Source: Octopus sinensis
Taxonomy: Eukaryota
DNA length: 20,942 nucleotides
NCBI RefSeq assembly: GCF_006345805.1
Contig: NW_021823874.1
Span: 1 to 20,942 of the forward strand
Reading direction: 5' to 3'
The notes under the pieces are model-generated. The model ran no database searches. It saw nothing but the letters and a program-made list of their open reading frames with translations, and was not told where the DNA came from. Below, piece after piece: positions 9,487 to 20,942 of the stretch. A program made the translations under genes and the position numbers. Numbering within the stretch: position 1 is the stretch's first letter; each line of letters starts with the position of its first letter.

Positions 9487-10285
9487 ACGGGTAAAATAAG
9501 TATTAATAATGGTTATTGTTGATAATGGTTGGGGATAGCAAATTTGAAAAAAAAAGGAAGGGGGGTCGATTACTTGCTTATTGTAGTGTGTTGATCAGCC
9601 ATTTGGATCTGCGAACCGTAACCCGAGGCACTCAGTTCGTATGTCGTCCTTTATGATGTTTCGTCTGGCATTCGCAAGGCTATTATTTCATAAACATAAC
9701 TTTTAAACAACATTTTAGAACATCATCTTTAGCTTTGACTCCTGTTCTATATTTCTCATTTCTCATACATTCTCTCAATCAAATATTTCGAGTTTTGAAT
9801 TTTTCCGAATTACCAACCAATGAGAAAGAATGGTTTATATTGCTATCTTAACCTAGTTTCCATTTAAAGCATGCCTTTGTATGCAATAATTCATAATCGG
9901 TGAAAGATAGCTCAAGGAAAGAGAGACAGCAATTTATCATATTCTTTTTAAAGCCGCTTCAAATGCTGCTTTTTTTTTTGCATTTTAATTATTGGCAAAT
10001 CTTTCTCATAGCTTCATGTAAAAGACGGAAGCTTGTTGAAGACAAGAAAATTCCACGAAAAATGAACAAATGATTAATTTTAGTAAAAAGTTGACTAATG
10101 TGTTACTACATTTCAGGCGCTTTTACTCATTTGAGGAATTTTGTGGAGAAGCGTCGTTATGTTAGTATGACAAATATAAAGGAGATATGAGAGAGTTTAA
10201 GAACTGAAACAATATTAAACAAACCAGAAGTCGGAATACATTTTTTACTAAAAGTACAAAAGTTCAGAAGAAAATATGTACACAA

Positions 10286-10830
<545 letters not shown>

Positions 10831-11120
10831 AAAACAAGAAACAAGCTATGTTTTTAGTGAAAAATTGCTTAGTAATCTTATAATTACTCTGACTGAATAT
10901 TTGAGAAGGAATTACTTCAGATTGTTATTGAAATTTTGTGCCTGGAAAAGATAGAACTCTTTAAAAAAAACAAAATAGTTTGTTTAGCAGAGTAATGATG
11001 TCGAGAGAGTTGAAGAAGTTACCGTTGATATAAAGGGTAAATTAACAGATAAAACCCCGGAATTTAGTCAATTTTAACAGGCTATCAACAAATCTTGTTC
11101 ATTTTAACAAGCAATGTATA

Positions 11121-11222
11121 GGCGCAGGAGTGGCTGTGTGGTAAGTAGCTTGCTTACCAACCGCATGGTTCTGGGTTCAGTCACTTACCCAAGGTGCCAC
11201 GCAGTGGGATTGAACCCGGAAC
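11121..11222 (+). mobile_element. Rearranged SINE family A head (forward part plus inverted part)
   Basis: 11121-11182 is the forward head. 11182-11222 is the reverse complement of GTTCCGGGTTCAATCCCACTGCGTGGCACCTTGGGTAAGTG. Confidence 0.85.
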
Positions 11223-11695
11223 AATATCGGCATAGGTCTCATTAAATCTGGAACGCTTAGTTATTGCATTATTTATCAATGATAACATAATCTAATGAGC
11301 TTTCGTTTTTAAGATGGACGGGCGTTATTTGAGGTTTAGTTAGCTTATAGAGGTCTCCCTCATTCGTTCACACATACAAGAGAAGAGCATAATTTGAAGT
11401 AAATTTGGCTCGTATTCCTACAAAGATCAGCTGCCATGTAAACGCTCCTCCATTGATAAATATTTATGCATATATAGGATACTATGGTCTGAGTTGAGGG
11501 GAAGCTGGTTCAAACTAAAGATCATCCGCATTCATCTCACTCATCATTAAACACCTCTTATTCCAGAAGGTCATGAATACCGTGTCTCTCTCTCTCTCTC
11601 CCTCTCTTTCTCGTTAACTCTCTCCTCTTCTATTTTCTACTTTTACTTTCTCTTTCCCTGTTTCCCACCCCTTTCCCCCTCTTTGTTACACCCCA

Positions 11696-11720
11696 CTACT
11701 ACTACTACTACTACTACTAT

Positions 11721-11803
<83 letters not shown>

Positions 11804-11813
11804 ACTATTACTA
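11696..11813. repeat. (ACT)n microsatellite
   Basis: Directly visible. Confidence 0.95.
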
Positions 11814-12410
11814 CTCTATCTAATATTTCTCCGCTGCTCCCTTCTCCACCGTTTCTTTCTTTCGCCATAAACCACAGGCAGAGTGGATGCATCTAAATAT
11901 ACAGAATATCAACTGGAAGCATTGAAAATGGCGGCAACAAATTTTGGAATTGTTATTAACGAAAGAAAACAAACTCGTGTCACACCCAAACAGTTTTCCT
12001 CCTAACAAGCAACAACAAAACAAGAAAAAACAAACAAAAGCAAACACGCAAATAAATATAACCACGAAAACAAATTACGTAGTACTGTAGTGTTAGTGAG
12101 AAAGGAAGGGCGCATTGGGGGCAAGTGAGTGAAGGGGTCAGCGTTAGCGGAATATCAAAATGGTTGCTAATAAATAAGACATATGTTATTAACCAAGATG
12201 TTATTTTTCTTTTTGTTCATCATCCTCTTCTCTTCGTCTACTCTCCTCCCCATATGCCCGCCCTCCCTCCGCCAATCCCTTCAATCTTTCGGCACATTTA
12301 TGTCATTTTCTAGAATGGGTACCCCCCCTATTTTTTTTTCCTTATTTCGACAATTGCTCCTATGGGAAATCGACTCAGTTGGCCCACCGGCCAATCAGCC
12401 AACCAGCCGA

Positions 12411-12535
12411 CAGAGAGACGAGAGAGAGAGAGAGAGGGAGGAAGAGAAGAGAGAATGGAAAGAGGGAGAGAGAAGGGGAAAAGAAGAGAGAATGGAGAGA
12501 GGGAGAGAGAGAGAGTCACAGAGAAGACAGATAGA
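12411..12535. repeat. GA-rich low-complexity tract
   Basis: Directly visible. Confidence 0.85.
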
Positions 12536-12599
12536 CAGGTTCGACATAAAAAAAGCACTGTTGATTAGCTGGCTGCTGTGACCACAGTGACGACAACGA

Positions 12600-12675
<76 letters not shown>
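12600..12675. repeat. (ACT)n microsatellite
   Basis: Directly visible. Confidence 0.95.
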
Positions 12676-12676
<1 letters not shown>

Positions 12677-12690
12677 CCGCCACAAACAAT

Positions 12691-12889
12691 AATGGTTTCA
12701 AATTTTGACACAAGGCTATCAAGTTTGAGGTCCATTACATCGAACCCAGTGCTTCACTGGTACTTATTTTATCGATCACGAAAGAATGAAAGGCAAAGTC
12801 GACCTCGGTGGAATTTGAACTCAGAACGTAAAGAATAATTAAATGCCGCATTTTTGTCCGGCGTGCTAACGATTCTGCCAGCTCGCCGC
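12691..12889 (-). mobile_element. SINE family B copy
   Basis: Homologous to the other family B copies. Confidence 0.85.
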
Positions 12890-12894
12890 ATAAT

Positions 12895-13100
12895 AATCCT
12901 TTCTATTATAGGCACAAGGCCTGAAATGCAGGGGGAGGAGATGAGTCGATTATATCGACCCCTGTGTTTCACTGGTACTTAATTTATCGACCCCGAAAAG
13001 ATGAAAGGCAAAGTCGACCGCGGCGGAATTTGAACTCAGAACATAAAGACAGACGAAATACCGCTAAGTATTTCGCCCGGCGTGCTAACGTTTCTGCCAG
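12895..13100 (-). mobile_element. SINE family B copy, alternative tail
   Basis: Same head and core. The sense-strand tail is CAGGCCTTGTGCCTATAATAGAAAGGATTATTAT. Confidence 0.85.
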
Positions 13101-13110
13101 GTCACAACCT

Positions 13111-14060
<950 letters not shown>

Positions 14061-14070
14061 GGAAACAAAA

Positions 14071-14269
14071 AATGATTTCAAATTTTGGCACAAGGCCAGC
14101 ATTTTTGGGAGGAGATGTTAAGTAGTTTAACTGGTACTTATTTTATCGACCCGAAAGGATGAAATGCAATGTAGGCCCCGGTGGAATTTGAAATCAGAAC
14201 TAAATGACGGACGAAATGCGGCTAAGCATTTTGTCCGGCCTACTAACAATTCTTCCAGCTCGTCGCCTT
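14071..14269 (-). mobile_element. SINE family B copy
   Basis: Homologous to the other family B copies. Confidence 0.85.
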
Positions 14270-14294
14270 AACACGCAATAATAATAATAATAAT

Positions 14295-14511
14295 AATGAT
14301 TTCAAATCTTTGGCACAAGGCCAGCAATTTCGGGGTGAAGCTTAAGCCGATTAGATCGACCCAGTGTTTAAATGGTACTTATTTTATCGACCCCGAAAAG
14401 ATGAAAGGCAAAGTCGGCCTCGGCGGATTTTGTACTCAGAACGTAAAGACAGACGATATAGCGCTAAGTATTTCGCTTGGTGTGGTAACGATTCTGCCAG
14501 CTCGCTGCCTT
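14295..14511 (-). mobile_element. SINE family B copy
   Basis: Homologous to the other family B copies. Preceded by (TAA)n. Confidence 0.85.
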
Positions 14512-14526
14512 CACAATAAAAATAAT

Positions 14527-14742
14527 AATGGTTTCGAATTATGGTACAAGGCCAACAATTTCTGGGGAGTGGGGTAAGTCGATTGCATCGACCCCAGGAG
14601 TTAGCTGGTATTTATTTTATCGATTACGAAAGGATGAAGGCTGAAAGTCGTCCTCGGTGGTATTTGAACTCAGAACGTTAAATCGGAAGAAATGCCGACA
14701 AGCACTTTTCCGGCGCGGTAGCGATACTGCCCGCTCACTGCC

Positions 14743-14744
<2 letters not shown>
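14527..14744 (-). mobile_element. SINE family B copy
   Basis: Homologous to the other family B copies. Followed by (TAA)n. Confidence 0.83.
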
Positions 14745-14784
<40 letters not shown>

Positions 14785-14802
14785 TTGATAATAATGATAA
14801 TT

Positions 14803-15362
14803 CCCCTGATGCAGTACCATAATTTGTCCTGATGCAGTACTAGACAGTGGCTCTCATGGCTTCTCATCTTAACTGATTGGAAGTGTTATCATGTACACTG
14901 TTTTGTCTTGGTATAAAAGATGGGCCACAGCAAATATTCTGCTCAGTTGTCAGTTGTTTGACCGTAACCAGTTGAGCATGTCCCTTGGTGGCTGACGATA
15001 TGTGCATCTCTGATCACGAGCAGAAGTAGTGAGGGAGCATCATAGCCGCGTGTTGAAAGGAATTCTTAGAGGTTTGGATAATTCACCTTTGGAAACATGG
15101 GTGTTTCGTTCAACAATCCTTATTCAGGCACCTTTTGAGCGGGATGAGCTACTCGACCAGAAGAAAATTCTAACTGGGCTCCACCTGCAAGTTTATGCGC
15201 TGTTTATCTTGATATAAGATCACCATGTCGCGCACATATGGTTGTGATGCATGTGCCCGGTGTACCCTTATCAGACAGGTAGTCATGATGGGTATACTGG
15301 GCTTCATATATTTTACCCCAGTGTCACTTTGATGGCATGCATTGCTCTCTCACTCACTCAAT
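14803..15362. mobile_element. Probable interspersed repeat (~560 bp) bounded by (TAA)n on both sides
   Basis: Higher-GC complex block with sharp (TAA)n borders and a duplicated CCTGATGCAGTAC at its left end. Only one copy is in the window, so repeat status is inferred. Confidence 0.5.
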
Positions 15363-15397
<35 letters not shown>

Positions 15398-15566
15398 TAA
15401 TAATAAGAACAACAACAACAATGATAATGTTGCATATTGTAGTTATTGATGATGATGATGGTGATGACAATGAAGATGATGGTGATGACAATGACAACGA
15501 TGATGATGATGACGACGACGACGATATCGACGACTACGACGCCGCCGCCGACGATGATGATGATTG

Positions 15567-15630
<64 letters not shown>

Positions 15631-15663
15631 AGTGATGATGATGAACGATACTAATAATAATAA
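15363..15663. repeat. (TAA)n / (GAT)n / (GAC)n trinucleotide microsatellite cluster
   Basis: Directly visible. Confidence 0.92.
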
Positions 15664-16397
15664 AGTTACCACAAGCGTGATGATGAATATGAATTTTTCC
15701 GACTCCGTTCTCGCATTATACACAGATGATGTGAGTGAAGCGGAGAAAATGATTAAAAAACGCGAACCGAGATAGATTGCTGTGAAGAAGTAAGAGATAG
15801 AGAGATAGAGAGAGAAAGAGAGAGAGGGAGATAGATAGAGAGAGAAATAACAGAGAGTAGGAGGAGAGAGGATGAAGCTGAGAGAGCGATAGAGAGAATA
15901 GGATAGAGCGAGAGGAAAGGAAGACGGACGAAGAGGATAAAGCGGGGAGAAAGAGATAATGAATTTTGATTGTTTCAATGAATGATTGAAAAGAAGATCT
16001 GCTGCTGAAAAACTGAAGCCAAGATTAACTTGAAAGATGCTATAATAAGATGGAAGAGAACAAGATGGAAGGAAACGGAGAGAGAAATTGCCAAATGAGG
16101 CGAACGAAATGTTATTTAGGGCCAGGTTGTGCCGTATCAATTGATGGAGTCGGGTGATATATAGATGCTATTGTGCTGCAACCTGTCTGACGAACCGGAA
16201 AACAAAACAGGGGAGACAATTTGGTGAATTGATAACCAATTATAAGGCAGTGTGTTTTCACAGACACTTGATTATGCACGGCATAAATTCATTTTAGAAA
16301 AACACTGACTGTAATTTCCCTTTGGTCGTAGCCATAGAGAAAAAGGAACAATTGTTAGCCGCCATCATTGCGTTAATGCATACACATATGTGTTTGC

Positions 16398-17340
<943 letters not shown>

Positions 17341-17717
17341 TAAGGTGTATCTATTCATGCGTTCGAGGGGGTGCTGGCTATGCGTGCGTATGCGTGTATG
17401 CGTGTGTATGTGTGTGCATCCGTGTGTGTGTATATGAGAGTGCGTGCATTCATACATAATCTTGTTCTTTTTATTCACACCGGATTATCAATATGACGTG
17501 TTAAAATCGTATTGTTGTTGCAATTGTCACTGTTGGGGGCGTTGTTGTTATTGTTGCTATCGTTTCTGTTGTTGTTGTAGCTGCTGCTGATGATGTTGTT
17601 GTTGTTGTGGTTGTCGTGGTCTCTCTATTAATTTTGTACAGTTAACGATGTAATCAACCGTGAAAAATAAACTAAAAAAAAAGTTTGGCGCAATTCTCCT
17701 TTAAATCTAAGAAACGA

Positions 17718-17895
17718 ACACCACCACAAATCACCACTCTCACCACCGCCACCATCACCACCACCACAAATCACCACTCTCATAACCACCACCACCACCA
17801 CCACCACTACAACCACCATCCACACCACCACCACTACCACCACTACCATCACAACCATTAACTACTAACATCACTACTACCACCAACACCATCAT

Positions 17896-17935
<40 letters not shown>

Positions 17936-18262
17936 TTCATCATCACCACCACTACTACCACGACCACCACTACTATCACAATCACTACCATCATCACCAC
18001 CAACGCCACCACCACCACCACCACCACCACCACAGGAATCATCATTTACTCCGACATCGTTACCACTATCACCGTCACCAGCACCGCCACAACCACCACC
18101 ACCGCCGCCACCACCACCATCATCACCACCGTCATCACCATCATCATCATTGTCATTCTTGTCGTCGTCGTCTTTCTCCTCGTGCTCCTCCTCCTCCTCC
18201 TCCACATTATCATCATCATCATCACCACCACCACCACCACCACCACCATCATCATCATCATT
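17718..18262. repeat. (CAC)/(CAT)/(TAC) degenerate trinucleotide field
   Basis: Directly visible. Confidence 0.92.
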
Positions 18263-18395
18263 TCATATGTCAGGCTACGTTTGTCCTTTATTATTGATGG
18301 GTCCAATAATAATAAGGAACAATATCTAAGATGGAACACTGTAAATGTAGAAAAAAAAAACTACGGCGGATTGTATCATATTTGAAGAAAGATAC

Positions 18396-18600
18396 AATAT
18401 ATTTAATGTAGGAGAGACGGTAATATATAATGTATGGGAGACTGTAATATATTTAAAGCGAAGACGACTGCCATTTTATATTTAAAGTATAGAAGACTAT
18501 AATATACGAAAAGTATGAAAGACTGTAATATATTTAAAGCGAGGAAGACTGTAATTCTATACTTAAAATATATGAAAAGTATGGAAGATTGAAATGTAAG
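18396..18600. repeat. ~26-bp degenerate minisatellite (GAAGACTGTAATATATTTAAAGTATG)
   Basis: Recurrent GACTGTAATATATTTAAAG units. Confidence 0.75.
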
Positions 18601-19035
18601 GAAACTCTGATATATTTTATGTACCACTTGGGTAGTGATAAACAATTTAATTTAAAGTAATTTTAATTTAAATTAATTTAATTTCACTGTATATTTTTCC
18701 CACATTAGTTTTTTTTTGTCTTTGTTTATCATTTGTATGTCATTGAAAGAGAAGATTCTTCTGTATCACTATAGTATCAGCACTTTTCGTCATAGCATGT
18801 GGACCCTCGTGTTATGGTCAGTTTTGAGTATCTTGGAGAAAGCCTCGTACCAAGCAAAGGTCCTGTTGTAATCACTGATGTCATTAGAGGAAAATACCTG
18901 CAAGTTTCAGGCTGAGACCAAAGCAAGAACAGCTTAGTGATACATTCCAAAGACAGCCCGGCGTAGATAGGCATGATTTGGCAGTCTCTTCAGCAGAGAC
19001 ATTCATCAACCAATCGTTTACAGACATGCGATGTT

Positions 19036-19274
19036 ACTCTCTTTTACTCTTTACTCATTTATTCTTTTACTTGTTTCAGTCATTTAACTGTAGCCATGCT
19101 GGAGCACCGCCTTTAGTCGAGCAAATCGACCCTGAGCTTATTCTTTGTAAGCCTAGTACTTATTCTATCGGCCTCTTTTGCCGAACCGATAAGTTACGGG
19201 GACGTAAACACACCAGCATCGGTTGTCAAGCGATGTTGGGGGACAAACACAGACACACAAATATACACACACAC

Positions 19275-19305
<31 letters not shown>

Positions 19306-19481
19306 TATATACATACATACATATACGACGGGCTTCTTCCAGTTTCCGTCTACCAAATCCACTCACAAGCTTTGGTCGGCCCGACGCTATAGTAGAAGAC
19401 ACTTGCTCAAGGTGCCACGCAGTGGGACTGAACCCGGCACCATGTGGTTGGTAAGCAAGCTACTTACCAAACAGTCACTCC
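19036..19481 (-). mobile_element. SINE family A, full-length
   Basis: Reverse complement of the same head, microsatellite and tail structure as the 3350 and 10286 copies. Confidence 0.9.
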
Positions 19482-19519
19482 AAAAAAAAAAACAAAAAAA
19501 AAACTATGCAAAATAGTGT

Positions 19520-19672
19520 TGGGAGAACTGTCATATACTTAAAGTATAAGAGACCCTCATACGTTTAATGTAGGGATGTAATATATTTAAAGTATGGAAG
19601 ATTGCAATCTGCTTAAAGTATGGGGACCAATAATACTTTCATATGGAAAATATGGTAGACTGTAATTTAAAA
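19520..19672. repeat. Second block of the ~26-bp minisatellite
   Basis: TGTAATATATTTAAAGTATGGAAGATTG and related units, as at 18396-18600. Confidence 0.7.
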
Positions 19673-20625
19673 CCTATTTAATACTATAAATTTTGACAGT
19701 TTGCAATTTTTTGACGCTAATCGCCGTTCGCTCGGACTGCTCTCGTAACTCAGGTGCCAACAGCAGTCGTTTAATTTGATATAAAAAAATAAACTTTCGC
19801 ATCAATTTTAAGTGAGTGGTTGCCATGGAATCTCACAATTACTTCATTGTTCAGTAACAATAAAATTCCTGATGTAGTTGACTTAAGAAAACTCCAGCAT
19901 ATCCTCCAGCTGTATAATCAGACACATTAAAAAACGCTATCCCGCATTGTAAGATCACAATGTCATTGAAGTCTACGATAATAAAAGAATCTTGAAAACT
20001 ACATTTTGATAAAAAGAAGTGTTAAAATTAGAATTTATAAGAATTGTCTAGTTAGTGTGAACTTTAAAATTGATTGTTGTAGAAAAATTTACTCACTGAC
20101 GACTAATTAATAAGCAGCTTTCTTAGATGTATAGATATCTGTATTAATGTATGTATTGTTATTACTGTTAAGGCGATAAATCAACGAAGATATAAGAGCG
20201 CTCACTTCGACTGCTTTGCAGTATTCACACATGATCCATGAGTTCAAATAATATCGATGTTAAATTTGTCTTTTATTCTTCAAATATCAATAAAATAAAG
20301 TAGTAATCATTCATTTGCGTTCGTGCAACCAACTAAATTAATATTTGGTCTTGTGACCATAAATTAGTTATTAAAACAAAAGCGAAAATATTTGAAACCA
20401 TTGCAGTCATGTATTCGATCACAGAATTAATGTAGAGATATTGTACACCCAAAACCACTTCCTCATTAGCCTTGATACTGACAAAACCCTTAGCTCTAGA
20501 ACCGCTACAAGTAGTGCTACGATCACAGTAACACCAGACAACAGGCAAATATCAACACTATCACATCCATTCCTCACTAGCGCTACAAGAGCCGTTCAAG
20601 AATTTAGACCTGGAGATCTCCATTT

Positions 20626-20682
20626 CCAGCGACTTCGAGGGCCACCTCTCAGTGGTGTCGGGCATCAACGAAGAGCCCTCGA
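20626..20682 (+). ncRNA. Possible degenerate HDV-like ribozyme fold
   Basis: Elements occur in HDV order: P1 CGAC(20630-33), P2 TCGAGGGC(20635-42), P3 ACC, L3 TCTCAGT, P3' GGT, P1' GTCG(20657-60), GG, short linker, CGAAG, P2' GCCCTCGA(20675-82). P1 is only 4 bp and P4 is absent. Confidence 0.35.
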
Positions 20683-20836
20683 CTACAACAAGACGACCAA
20701 AGCTTTTTTTTTCCCAAGGTCTGGTGGCTGCCACCCCTAAGCCCTAGACCATCACCTAATCACCCTTACCCGTCTTGTTGCTTTACTACAACAACAACAG
20801 CGTTACAAGACAGAACACCTCAGCAGTAACTACTAT

Positions 20837-20927
20837 CGCCGCCACCACCACCACCACCACCACCACCACCACCACAGTCACTGCCGCCACCGCCACCGCC
20901 ACCGGTTCAATAACGACAACAACAACC
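20837..20927. repeat. (CAC)n/(CCG)/(CAA) trinucleotide tract
   Basis: Directly visible. Confidence 0.9.
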
Positions 20928-20942
20928 ATATTTATAACAGAG

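Noticed and set aside
10090-10200. Possible splice acceptor (CTAAT..TTTCAG) and exon
   Set aside because: The downstream frames stop quickly and show no recognisable protein, so there is not enough support.
16187-16205. CTGACGA-ACCG-GAAA
   Set aside because: No room for stem II and no stem III or cleavage triplet.
20441-20740. 99-aa ORF
   Set aside because: Non-ATG start and no recognisable domain.

Overview
AT-rich, microsatellite-dense eukaryotic non-coding DNA (intergenic or intronic). The composition and SINE families suggest an Octopus/coleoid cephalopod genome, which is an inference. I see no intact host protein-coding gene, and nearly all listed ORFs are translations of simple repeats. 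The window holds three decayed autonomous elements: a Penelope-like GIY-YIG endonuclease C-terminus (407-700, -), a mariner D,D34D transposase relic (3851-4972, +) and a 5'-truncated R4/Dong-type RLE non-LTR retrotransposon at a (TAA)n tract (13238-14060, +). It also holds about 16 tRNA-derived SINE copies or fragments from at least three modular families, two minisatellites and many microsatellites. The most notable hidden signal is a set of candidate self-cleaving RNA motifs. Three are type I hammerhead folds with palindromic stem III, as described for Penelope-like elements (713-775 +, 2708-2742 +, 5632-5710 -). One is a degenerate HDV-like fold (20626-20682 +).
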